Assembly (NCBI GenBank): GCA_022813965.1
Contig: JALDZS010000167.1
Location: 1-51,270 of the forward strand
Reading direction: 5' to 3'
Origin: Toensbergia leucococca
Lineage: Eukaryota
Length of the DNA stretch: 51,270 nucleotides
In this document: piece after piece, positions 26,964-39,435 of the stretch
How positions within the stretch are numbered: the first letter of the stretch is position 1
Layout of the letters: every line of letters starts with the position of its first letter
Translations under genes and position numbers: made by a program
Notes under the pieces: model-generated
Database searches by the model: none
Seen by the model: the letters and a program-made list of their open reading frames with translations, nothing else
Told to the model about the DNA's origin: nothing

Positions 26964-28055
26964 TTTCGAGCCAAATTGATGCTTCGAAACCTCTGAAGAA
27001 TTTATTAAAGAAAAACGTAAAAGATGGTTCTATATCATGGAAAGCATACAATTGACAGGGACATAGGGAGCAATCACACATTGGTGTGACATTCTCGGTC
27101 TCACACATTAAGTAAAGGAGTGATTGGAAATTTGGTCTCGGAGAAAGAAAAGATAGCAGAAGGTGAAGAAAGCTGCATAACGTCCACCAATAGGCGAATA
27201 AGAGTGGGATGGCAAAGTGACAGGAGCCACGAGGCAGCGTGGGTGGCCCCAACGTGGGTGCTTATCTGGCGAGTCACGGCATCAATGGACGGGACGGTCC
27301 TCGTACCTGAAAAGGATGTACGACATTGTGCGCAATCTCACGAAGACGTGCAGTAGTATAGGTAGGCCTGGAAGCACTCGAAGCATTATTCGACCAAATA
27401 TCTCCCGTAGCTTCGGCTTGACATTCCCCCACTTGCAAGAGGGCTGAAGGAGTTACAACTGCCAGCCAATGGATGCAGAGTACGATGGGGATACATGCAC
27501 AATGCAGGCTATCACCTTGTACACGGAAGAGTGTCGTGAGTGGTGATAGGCTTAGCTTGATGGTTGTGGAGAATCCATGACAGAATTTTACAAATAGAAT
27601 AGAGTAGTGTCTCTGTGCGTAATGGGAATCGAGGGAATCTGTGGTAAACTGGGAGACTGGCTCACTGGCTTAGCTTCCGTGCCGCTAGAGTATGACCGAA
27701 CCACAGTTGTAACACACGCCGATAAATCGTGAATCTCGCGCTTCTAGATCTCCCATTCTTATCATCTTGACCGGCTTTCAACCTCAAGTAAGCAATCGTT
27801 CTGCGGCCAATCTGCCACCATGCAGCCAGTGGGGCCAGTCGGTTTATGGCCCATCCCTTTTCCTGACATCCATCTCGGCAAATTCCAACCCCTGCTCCCC
27901 TACCATTTTCTTTTGCTAATGACACTTTCGGGGCCTATTCATCTACCTCTCCCCTACGAGTCACAACCGGCTACTTTACCTATTATACCCTCTCCCTCAG
28001 CCTCTTGGTCTTCTCTGCCCCCTTCGCTGTTGACGTTCTGTCACAACCTCTCACT

Positions 28056-30022
28056 ATGTCATCTTTCAAGGACGGAAACCTAGTTGTCGAGGATAGGACT
28101 GTGATTGACCGTGATAAATTCGAGAAATCTGGCTTCACGCGCCGAGATGAGGCAGATATGGCCGAGCAAGGGAAACGGCAGCAATTCAATGTGAGCTCAG
28201 AGGTCGCCATATGGTTTACGGTCAAATGCTGATTCCACTAGAGGAATTTTGGCTTCATGTCAATGTTAGGATTCACAACCACTATGATGTGCACATGGGA
28301 GGCCGTGTTCTTGTGAGCATAGACAAAAAGCCTACCGAAATCTTTGTTGATTGATCCGAAGCTCCAATTCAACTGCGATGCTTAATGGAGGGCCGGTCAC
28401 TCTGATGTATGGCTTCATATTCTGCTTCTTTGGATCGTTGGCCACCGCGTCCTCGCTGGCAGAGATGGTGTCCATGTTGGTACCACATTTCCTTAGAAGG
28501 GCTTGAAGCCTGCTAATTCGATGGAAAGGGCTCCCACATCGGGTGGACAATATCACTGGGTTGCTCTCCTTGCTCCACCCAAGTACTCTACATTTCTGAG
28601 CTGGATCACTGGTGAATCAATCAAATCCGCCTGGGCTGGTCTCTTGCTCACAGTACTTAGGCTGGGTTGCCACCGTCGGATGGAACGCTAACAGTGCTGC
28701 CGGCGTTTTCTTCGGAGCAACAATGACTCAGGGTTTACTCGTGCTCAACTATCCGGACTACGTCTTTGAGCGATGGCACGGAACACTTCTTCTTTACGCA
28801 GCGTTGCTAGTATGTGTCTTGGTCAACACCATTGGAGCGAAGATGCTGCCAAAGATTGAAGGGTTTATCCTGATAATCCATACACTGGGATTTTTCGCGA
28901 TCCTGATTCCTCTCGTCTATCTTGCGCCACACAGTTCGCCGTCCTTTGTTTTCGGGCAGTTCATGGATGCTGCAGGCTGGAATAGCAACGGACTAGCTTG
29001 GTTCGTCGGGTTGATCAGCGCTAATCTTCCTTTTATTGGTAAGCTTGAATAGTTGAAACGTTTTCGGGGCATTGGCTAATAATTCTTTTTAGGGTACGAC
29101 GGCCCCTGTCACATGGGTAAGTAGAACGGAAATTACTATCCCATTGAGGTAATCAGACCCGCATTAACATCCTTGAAGCCGAAGAAGTTCAAAATGCCTC
29201 CACGGTGGTCCCATGGGCCATGATTTGCACCATCCTCATCAATGGAACCCTCGGCTTCGCAATCGTCATCGCCTTCAGCTTTTGCATCGGCGACCTCCCT
29301 ACCGCGCTAAGCAGCCCCACTGGCTACGACTTCATCGAAGTATTCTATAATGCTACCAACTCGCACGCTGCCACTTCGGTCATGACATCCGTCCTCATCA
29401 CCCTCGTCATCTGTGCCACCTTTGGCTTCCTAGCGTCCGCGTCCCGCCAAACCTGGGCATTCGCACGCGACAGAGGTCTCCCCTGTTCAGAATTTCTAGC
29501 TCATGTAAGTCGCAAATCAAGCTGAGAGCAATTCGTCCTGAGATGTATGGACTGACAATTCCTACTCAGGTCAGCAAACGCTCTGCGATCCCTCTGCGCT
29601 CCGTCGGCTTCTGCGCCGTGGTCTCTGCTCTCATTGGCCTCATCAACATTGGTTCAACAGTCGCCTTTAACGCTATTGTATCCGTCACAATCGCCGGCCT
29701 ATTCACGTCCTACCTCATCCCTATCATCCTCTTAATTCTCAAGCGTTTCAAAGGCGAGTCTATTCGCTGGGGTCCCTGGACTCTCGGCCGAGCGGGTCTC
29801 TACGTTAATATAATCTCGGCTTGCTTTCTAACCATCTCCATTGTCTTTTCTTTTTTCCCTCCCGGATTACCTGTCACTCCTGTCACCATGAATTGGTCAA
29901 TCGTTATGTTTGGTGGCTCTGTTCTGTTCGGACTGGCATTTTACGGCGTACGTGGACGGAAGATCTACCACGGTCCTGTTGTGGAAAGGCCTCTTATTGT
30001 GACCCAGGCACATGACGCTTGA
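28056..30022 (+). CDS. APC-superfamily amino acid/choline (GABA, HNM1-like) permease, multi-exon
   Basis: RNFGFMSMLGF, NGGPVTLMYG, SLAEMVSMAPTSGGQYHW, GYDGPCHMAEEV, ASRQTWAFARDRGLP, GPWTLG, MNWS. Confidence 0.9.
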
Positions 30023-31646
30023 TCGTTGGGTATCTCATTTCTGACGAGACGATTGGCTGTCGCAACGTCAGCCTTTTGAGAACTTGAATACCTAAAAGAG
30101 CTTCAAATTTCGACTGTTGTCCCAATAGCGCCAGTGCAAGCATTTCAACAGTGTAGAACACCAATCTCTCAGGATACCAACATTATGGCAGTCCTCCAGC
30201 ACATGATACCTCCTCCTCCCATCTTCTTACTCTTGCCTTACGAGCACCCTGTTTCACCCTTTACCTTCTTACTTTTTGGCACTTGCCCCTTGTCAGAACT
30301 CCTCTGGTGTTCTTTCAGCTTCCCGGACTATTTCTATATGATTATCTCTACCTTTGTTAATTTTCAATGAGGGTAATAAGATTTCAAAGCAACTGTTTTA
30401 TGCTATTATGGTAGCATCTACGTCATCAAGCTTCCTTCTTAAAATACTATCTTCGACCTTTGGACTATCTGTGTTATATGTATTCTTCAAGAGGGCCCTT
30501 TACCTGAGTCGTTAATTTTCATCTTGTTTGTCTTTATATTCAAATCATGCGTCATGTATTTCGAATCCAGTAAGTCCCTTCTTTCTACAAATTTAGCTTC
30601 ATTCAAGTCCAGCATAGTCTGGTTTCTGAAAGTGTCGAGAAACTACTAATCTAAGGGTTGGCCTCCAGGTCTTGAAGCTCAGGATCGAATCCATTCATTC
30701 TTTGGGACCAGGCTGATCTCATCTTGAAGAGTGCCTGCATGCTTTTGAAGATCCTTTTAAAATAGTTTGAACTCAAAATTGAAAGTATTCAGTTTACAGT
30801 AAGGTGATTCAATAATGGGAGAATCTCTTAAAAGACGAGGGTCTCTTAAAGAAACGAACATAACAGGAAAGCAATCTATGTTTACGAGAACAGTATCGCC
30901 TAGGCTCCACGAAGAGCGCTGATGAACTTGCGAAGAAGGACGGAAGATTAGGAGAGACACTTGAAATGACATGGTAAGTCGAAAAGGGCTAGGATATACC
31001 TACGATAAGAGCCAATTTGGCAGAAACACATCGTGAATAGCATTTTCAGACCAAGAGCCACTTTCAGGTGCAACCACAGCTGGGCCAATTACTGTACGTA
31101 TGTGAAACATCCAAGGAGATAGAATTCCGAAGTGCAAGAGGCCAAGCGCTGACTTGTTAAGCATAGCTTAGTCACGTCCCGCAACCTCTGACGAGTTGTG
31201 GCGCAGGCGAGCAGGGCTCTCAGGGCTCTGCAAGGCTACGAGGCCAGAGTACCTTGTGAGCCCTTCGAGAAATGCATCGTCAGCCCTCGAAATCCCTCGA
31301 AATGCGCCTTTGTGGGCTGGGCATTTCGACTATATGCGATATATATATAAGTCGCTCTAATACCCACACCTTCCCCAGGTAACTTTACACCTTGCGATCA
31401 ACGCTGAATATACATTGTTTATCGAATCTATCCACTACAAGTAATCCTCCTCTGCCCTCGACTCTTACTCTCCACGCAAGGGACGTGCCTCCGTGGTGAG
31501 TTATTCTCAAATAAATCATTGGGTAATTAGAAACTGACTCTACGCAGCTAATCATACTCATCAACCTCTTCAAGTACTCCGCATATGATTACACCGGAAA
31601 TGTGTATAGCGTAAATGTGAGTGATGATTTTCTTTAAGAGCCAGCC

Positions 31647-32242
31647 ATGCCAGACGTTTCAAAGCGCGGTCGATCTAGAAGGTAATTAATCAATTCAATC
31701 ATACAATAGCAGGTAGCTTTTATTGCTCAGGGGGTTCAACATTCTATTCTCCTCCTTAAGACGTTCGGAAACACTTATGTGCTTTCAGGAAACTCTTCTA
31801 CTGGCTGGTTGAGGTCCGATTTCCAAGTAGCCATAATCATGCCACCAGTGGAATTGGATTTTATTTTTGCTCTACATCTTTTTAGATCGACGTTCGGCAT
31901 GGCTGCCTTCCTCGTTGATTGAAAAAACAGTCAAGTGCATTGATTGCTGATTCCGTGAGGTATTCGTACAGCTGGACTTGCTGCCAATGTCCCCATGACC
32001 ATCGGCTCAAAACGGAGCATGAGTACCAACACCATTGGTGCTCCTTATGCACCACTTCAAAGTGCTCTCGCTTTTCCCACCATTGCGGACAGCCCAAAGC
32101 CGTGGAAGCCGAGCATGAGGAGTGCCAGTGTCATCTGAGCTCCGAACACATCGATGTCAAAGTCTCACGCTTGAGAGCGGAGCGTGATGCGTGCCAGTAT
32201 GATATTGGGCTTTGGGAAAAAGCTCTCCAGACTCTGGGTTGA
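31647..32242 (+). pseudogene. Small Cys/His-rich putative zinc-binding gene, tentative 3-exon model with in-frame TGA at 31916-31918
   Basis: Tentative splice MPDVSKRGRSRR|KLFYWLVE|IDVRHGCLPR*LKKQ...WTCCQC..HHWCSLC..C..HHC..CQCH followed by a short coiled coil. Confidence 0.35.
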
Positions 32243-32374
32243 AGTGTTACCCGCTGCAGTTCGAATGGAGTAAAGCGGGCTATCCTCTGCCTGCAAGAGC
32301 AGGTTCCTTCGACACTGATCTTATATGTCTTCACTCTATGCATCTATTTGATGCCCCACCTTTTTGAATATGCG

Positions 32375-32412
32375 CGCGTTGCTTTATCTATTATTTACGC
32401 GTTGCTTTATCT
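32375..32412 (+). repeat. 15-bp direct repeat CGCGTTGCTTTATCT x2
   Basis: Two exact copies separated by 8 bp. Confidence 0.8.
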
Positions 32413-32683
32413 GGGAGTCTTTGTATCTTGCCGCGTGACTAGTCCACTCTTTGATAGTCCTTCAACAACATTGTTGTCAGCCATGTTCAAGACTTAGTGT
32501 GACCTTCAATTGACCCATGTTGGTTGAGTATTCAAAGCTAAGACTGTAGGCTCGATATGGAGCTAGAAGATGCTGACCTGGCAGAAGAGAACGAAATACC
32601 GACATGGAGCTACCTATACCTGGGCTTCGGCTGGCTCTTTCTCTTTGACGTACAAAAAGTTAGTCAATGCTAACAGTTTATAG

Positions 32684-33900
32684 GTCAGCTCTTGCGTCTC
32701 TGATTCAGCAACATGGCTCAGACGAAATTTTGAGCTATCTTAGTATGCATCAGAGCTCTGCGTCAGTGACTCGCGTTTCTAATCGGTTCAAAAGGAGGTA
32801 TTCCTTCTGGCGGGCAGTTGAAGACAATCGGAACGGCGAAGTCTGACGAGGAAGAATTAAAGTCTGACAGGACTGGCACTTTGGATGGAACGAAACTTGA
32901 CACGTATGTTCTCTTTCCGATTCCACTATAAATGGTCAGAATTAATGGCAGCAGTATTGCCACAGAAGTGCCCGCCAAGCAGTCGGTTTGCTGTCAATAC
33001 TGCTCTTTGAAGTTGAGCAGCAAACCTATTCTGAAACGCCATTGTCTTTAGGTTCACCAGATGGGCCCAGATAATAAATTGGTGGATATTCAAACCTTTT
33101 CGTGTCCCGAGCCTGCATGCTCAAGTAATCCTTTCAAGAGGCGTAGCCAATTGCATGCTCACATGAAAGGCGTCCACAGCGGGAAACCCCAGGGCCAAGG
33201 TCAAATATCCAGCTTTGCCAGAAAGAAACGGCACAGCCGTGTAGGAAGTGCTTTTCTCTCCTCCACCACTCAGGAATCTACAATACCAGCCCAAGACATT
33301 TTGTCGTCGGCTGTTTTTGTCGAGCCCGAGTATGTTCATAATTATAGTGGAGGAGATATCATGAAGGGTTCCGAATATCCGCTCCAGCGGCAGAGAGGAA
33401 ATGGCAAGGCAGTCGGTACTTCAGAGGCAATTAGCACCTTGCCGGACCATCCGACAAATACGCAGACCTTCGAGCTAGGGGTAGGAAGTATGGACTTTGA
33501 CGGTTCAGTCCATGAGCATTTTGACATCAATGATAATGTGGGCGGACTAGAAGGGTATCATCGTTATCAAGACGGCACAGTACACCCCATGTTAGGTGAT
33601 ATCGACGGACGTTTGCCTTTGTCATCGGAAACCTTACCCGAGCTCAGCTTCAAAGGCCTACAGGACATCGACGCCGAAATCCCGGCATTCAATGAGGACA
33701 TCGAAGCACCTGGGCCAGATGATTTTGACGATAAGATGAAGCATTCGATGATATCCTTCATAGAGAGCAAATACTTGGAGCTTAGTCGTATCAATGAGGA
33801 GATCCGCAAACTTGAAGAGCTCAAGTCCAAAAGAATCGAGGTGAAAAAAGATATTGCCGGTTTAGAGGGGAACCTTCAGAAAATTCTTCCACACATCTAA
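32684..33900 (+). pseudogene. Two-finger C2H2 zinc-finger gene with C-terminal coiled coil and a premature TAG at 33049-33051; 5' end unresolved
   Basis: In-phase exons SALASL..SYL|RGIPSGG..KLDT|SIATEVPAKQSVC-CQYC-x12-HCL*VH, then second finger FSCPEPAC..FKRRSQLHAHMKGVH. Confidence 0.6.
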
Positions 33901-34677
33901 GGACATGCAGAGGGAACGCTGTGGGTACCGTATAATCTGTCATATAAGATACCAATTTTATAGTACAATCCATGTCTTATACATGGTTTCTCGGGCAAGG
34001 TCTGAGCTGAGATTCAACATCTCATCTTTACACATCTATCTAGTCATGATTCAACCTCATACTCCCTCAAAGGGACAGCTTCAGTCCCTTTAGTAAGTAT
34101 CCTCGCCGTCATCGTCCTGAGCCACTTCCCATGAACAGCATCTTGCGCCAGACTCGACCTTACGTTTGAGAGTCTTTGTTGATATCAAACAGCGAAAACA
34201 GCTAACAGCTTGCGTGCCAAAGCTGGTACTGACCATGCTTCTCGGTGGCATTAGCTGTGTACGAGAGCAGGTGCCCTCACATCTTTCTACAGTAATCTAC
34301 AAGGTGATACCAAAGCTATTTTACCCCTAATTTGATGCAGATGTTTCAACCCAAAAGCTACGTATCGCCTATCGCTTATTCTCCTTCCAAATCAGACACC
34401 TATACAGCACACTTGAAAGCAGTATCAGACTTATGCGACAAGGCTCTTTGACATCTTATTACCAGACTCAATCACAGCTGCCACGATGTCAACTTTTCCC
34501 ATTGTTACACGTCATGTCTCAATTCTCACTGACATGTCATATGTTCTCCTCATCAAGCAGCTCTCTGTCACTGAATTTTGTTTACTCTCCATCCGTACTC
34601 TGATCCCACCCTCTCTTTCCGAATCAGCTCTAAATAGCTCAAGTCCGCAATTGTCACAGCGTCCAGTTCACTAGGCC

Positions 34678-35637
34678 ATGCCCCGCACCCTCAGCACCCT
34701 CTTGCTCTGCGTGGCAACCTCGCAACTCTTCCAAATCACCACCGCCCAAGCCGTCGTCTTCCCCTACAACTGCGATAGCACCGAGCCAATCTGCCAACAA
34801 GACTGCATCACTGCCGTGGAGAATATATGCAATGGTCTTGTGTCTCCACTCATATTTTCACAAAACACAACCGTAGGCGCCTGTACCGCCAAGTACATGC
34901 CCTACAACGGAACACCCGACACCAAAGTCACCTGTCTGGCCAACTTCCAGAAAATTCTCGACGTATCGAGCCCGGCAGCCTCTACCTGCGACGGCAAGAC
35001 CCTTGGCCGTGTCGGTGGCGTCCTCGCCTTCGATGTAAACAACAAAATCCTCCACGGCACCGCCTATGCCATCTTCCCAGTCGAGAACAATCCAAACTGC
35101 GTGGTCAACCCCAACCAGGTCCATTTCCCCGTGCCAGCAAGGTACAATCTGAACGGCACCGTATATAGCTGCCCGAATCCGGCGACGACCGGACTAAGCC
35201 TGTCCCACCCTGGCATCAACACCCGCGGTATCGATGCCGCTTGCGGCCTCTCCATCGGGGGCGCTGCCGTCTGCAGCGCCGTTTGCGTAACCAGCGTCGT
35301 AGCCGTGTAAGCACCCGCCTCCATCGACCCCATTCTATCACCACTAACCTCCGCAATCTCCAGCTTCGCCTCCTTCGGAATCACCGGCGCCATCTCTGGT
35401 GCCAGCTGCCTCCTCTGCATAGGCGGCGAGACCTACCTCGTCTACGCCTACTGCTTCAACCACTCGCCGCGGAGGGATCTGCTTGGCAGCTCGCCGTTTC
35501 GGGTGCGTAGTCCTAGCGGCGAGCCGGCGTATTGTTCTGGTAGTGCGCTGAGTGGGACTTCTTTGCAGATCTTGCCTGCCTGTTTGCAGCCGGCTTTTCA
35601 GGCGAGTTGTCAAAATGGGCTTGTTGCTGCCGCTTGA
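34678..35637 (+). CDS. Secreted cysteine-rich protein (effector/toxin-like), 2 exons
   Basis: Signal peptide MPRTLSTLLLCVATSQLFQITTAQA, many Cys. GTAAGC...ACTAAC...CCAG intron (35306-35363) extends the frame to ...CQNGLVAAA*. Confidence 0.75.
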
Positions 35638-36402
35638 GGGGTTTGGGTTTTGGTTGGCTGTTGGGCGCGAGGGAAGAGGGCTGGTGAAGGCGAGTGGGAT
35701 TTTGGTAAGGGTTGCTTCTGGGGAACGGGGAGGCGCATGTGCGATTGTGAATATTTGCCCCGAGGGGGGCAGGTGTGAGGTGGGAAAATTCAAATGTTGT
35801 GCGGTTGGCTGTTTGGAAGGAAGACCGTGTACTGTTGGTTGCGAATTCAAGTCTGAGAAATCATGAAAATAATTACTACCTTCCAGCTTCCAAAAGCCAC
35901 CGCCTAGAACCCCCCATTGATATAAACAGTCTCGACCCCACCCCTACCCCCCCTTACCCACACTCCCCTCTAAATGGTCCGTCTCTATTGATACAGCCTC
36001 GAGATTCACACCTCTAAGATCAGCAAACCCCCTCCGCAATCTGGTATAGAAAGTCAGAATCCCCCCTCCCTACCCTCGGGAAAAGGGGGTTTCAATCCCA
36101 GGCTTGCATGTTGAGGGATGGGGAGATGATGAGAGGGGAGATGAGTGTGTTGAGAGAGGGGTGATTTGTTATTGTGATCGCTACTGTCAAGGGGAAAAAA
36201 TCCGAAATTTTGCAAAACTGAGTCATCAAATTCTGACAAAAGCCCTTCGTAAAATAAATAAATCCCCACGAAACACTGACAAATTATCCACCACCAACCC
36301 TCTCAAGACCTTTTTGAGAAAAAAAAAATGAGTGAGGGGGGGGAGTTTTTTTTTTGGTGAGCAAAAACTTGTTAGGAAACGCCAGAACGTGATATTTTGC
36401 GC

Positions 36403-36755
36403 TTTTAAAAAAAGATGATAAAAGTCATGGGCTATGATGAAGGATTTGAGCAAGATGTAGTAAGGGGCATGTTTTTTGTTATGCTTGAAGATGATCAAAC
36501 CCTCTCAGTGAGTTTGAGATTTTTTTGAAAATGTAGGTGAAATACCTTCATTTAATAGCTAAAGAGGTTCAGTGATAATGAGCAGAAAAGAGACAGTAAT
36601 GTGTGTGATGATCTGTGAACATCATTGAGGTTTTAAGTCACAGATGAATATGATATGAGGTTTTTGAAGAGGTAGGTGACTGAGACTTTTATCCCTGTAT
36701 ATGTGAATGAGAGCTTTATATAAATAATCAATCAATTGAAAATTATTTTAAAATT
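36403..36755. other. AT-rich, CpG-free degenerate segment (probable repeat/TE relic)
   Basis: No CpG seen in about 350 nt, TG/CA-rich, no ORF of recognisable family. Confidence 0.45.
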
Positions 36756-37010
36756 CGGTATGAGTAAGTTGAGTGGGCCACGAGAGACGGCTTGAAGATT
36801 GCAAAGTATGAGTGTGGGGAGGAAGGAGCGGAGAGAAGCTGGACACGGGAATGAGGCTATCGATATGTGCTATTGCAAGTGTTACCCGGTTTCGCTCCTC
36901 TTGGTCTCATCGTCTCTTGGTCCCAGCTTCTCAGGTCGTCAGTTCCCAGCCTTCTATCCGAGAAGCCCTTGGTTCAGCCCATCTTAATTCATTGCGGTAT
37001 TATGACTCAA

Positions 37011-37924
37011 CTAGAGTAAAATTGTCTGTGTCAAGAATGAGGTGAGGTACAAAGTGCCACCTGTAGTCCCAGCCGGAAAAGTCGTATTGACAGAAATTCT
37101 CTGTGTCCCATAAGGCAGCCGGTCAATTCCAACGCTAGCGCAATCACTGCACTGGCTTGCCCCGCCTTCCAATGTCTGCCACAACGGTATATCATGCACC
37201 AGATTGTACTTCTGAGCCTGAATGTCAATGCTGGATGCATAGAGCGTTTGATGAGAGTCTGTGCCTGTCATGACAGCTTCCACGGAGTACAACGAATTGA
37301 GTGGAGAAGCAGGATCTGAACCGCTTCCTGAGCCAATACTGGCCTTTGTGTTGTCAGTCATTTCAGAAGGATTGAGGACAACCTGAGCAAACTTCATGAA
37401 ACTGCCCAAGTCTATGCAAAAGGCCATCTCGGCGTTCCCAATGAGCCGTGCGTGAAACAATCGAGGAGCTGAAGCCGAGACGCAGAGTTCGTCTGGCGCG
37501 CATCTACCTTGTATCATGGGTAAATGCGTATTGGTGAAAGCGTGAACGCAGGATATTCTCCACACCTGAGGGCTAGTACTGCGGATGCAGTCGGAAAATG
37601 CAAACCTATAACCTTGGGGGCAGGTGTTTATCGGCTTTGGCAGTTCGCGTTTCTGTAGTGCTGGGGAGAGTATGTGTTGGTGATGAAACACTTGTATATC
37701 TTTAGAGAGATCTCTTCCGGCGGAGTCTATAACGACAAGATTGAAGAGAGATTCAGGAACGCTAACAACTGATATCAGTGGTTCTATTCTAGTTGAGCGG
37801 GAATGAAGATGTGCATTGCATACACTGAATTGTTTGCAAACGCCGCAGTAGTATTGGCCGGTGTTGCAATAACCTGTCGAGCAAATTCAAGAAGAAAATA
37901 AACAAAATGGATGATATTTGACAT
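37011..37924 (-). CDS. Secreted cysteine-containing protein of unknown function, 2 exons
   Basis: Exon 1 MSNIIHFVYFLLEFARQVIATP (signal-like), intron GTGTAT..CTGATATCAG, Kex2-like LQKR before a Cys-containing domain (TCP, SDC, ISC, GRC..LC, QCSDC). Confidence 0.65.
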
Positions 37925-39435
37925 GGCGCTTTAGATTTGAAAGAAAACCAGCAGCGTTGTCTGATGCTATATCTAAACTTGACTCGAGGGTACCTGTCTC
38001 GCGCCTATAAGTTTGCCATCTAGAAGCGTTTATCTCTGAAACACTTGAGTTTGTTAGTAATCTCTAGGATGTTCTTAGGCAACGATGCCAGATGCAATGC
38101 TCAGGCGCTTGAACTACAAGATTGCCGTCCGAACGTGCAGATTTGTGTCGTGCTGGGTAGGAATGTAGGCTTGGACCGAGGGACAGTAATGCTATTAGAT
38201 AGCATGCAGATCTCGTCGCGCTTAGTCCACTGTCAGAATGCGACTCTTCATGGATGTATGAGAGACGGAGCAAGCCAATGGTTAGTGATAAAATGCTGGT
38301 CGAGTCAAGTCGAGCGCTGCATTAGACTAGATTAGCAAAGCACATGTCAGTCTTCTGCAATCATTCGCTTGGTATTGCCTCTAATTTATACGGAACGAGA
38401 TCAAGTGTAGGAATGGAGTGAGGCGTGGCCATTCTCTTCTCCAACTTTTCCATCCGCAACTAGGTATCTCTCTGCTGATAGCGCCGTCTGCGTGTCAAAG
38501 AGGAATGTAACCGCTCAATCAGTGAATGGTAACAGGCCCGAGAACCTAGGCCAAACCTCTCTCAGCGGTTTATCCGAAAGCATCGGACCTTCCTCCTCTT
38601 GACTCTTGAGAAATCTATGAGAAGAGTTTTCCACAAACACAGCGCCAGAGTAATTCATTGCAGTGGGCAAAGCTGCACAGGACCTGCTCGCAATTCAGAA
38701 CTCATAAGCTCGCTTGCTCGCACCTTGGCGGTGTAGTCCTGTGACCTCGTAGAAGGCATTTGCGCGTACATCATTATAGGCTTGTTGAATAGGGGAGGGG
38801 CGAGGGTGTTGGATCACCTGGATCGTTAGAATAGTTGATCCGGCCCGTAGTTTCTAGCAGAATCACCGAGGTTCAGCTACCTCAGTCGTACACTTATCAT
38901 GACACTATCACCTAATGATGGGCCTCATTACGCTGCGAGTCTAATGTGAGGCAGAAGTAGCAAGGTGCCTACTCTTGTACCCTCACGGTGCATTTGTTTT
39001 TGTACACGATCAAAACAATGTTCGCTGAGGCTGAATGATACCTGAACTCTCTCAATTTACCCTCGATCCGTATCTCCAAAGACCATGGCCATCGCTCTTG
39101 TATACTGTAAGACTCTGTATACTATGATGACTTGCGTGCTGTTCAGATGTAGTGCTTCGTTTCTGCTTCTGGTGTTGTTTCTTCTGAGATCTATATTGGT
39201 ATCGTCTCTCGTCCATCTATCTTGCCAAACCTGCATAGATTAGAATATACCCGCAATTTCTGGCATTCTAGGTAGCTACGGTGCAAACATTTTGGCCTTC
39301 TATTTCTGTCCGAGTCAAGTCTTTCCAATTCTCCATTACATTCACTGCATGAATTCAGGAATATTAATACCACCAACCATGAGCTCAAGGCCATTCTACT
39401 ACATTCAATAGTCTTTTCTTCGTATTGCTACCACC

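Noticed and set aside
30130..30972. Possible stop-riddled pseudogene on the minus strand
   Set aside because: Stop density is not clearly below chance and no family is recognisable; needs BLASTx.
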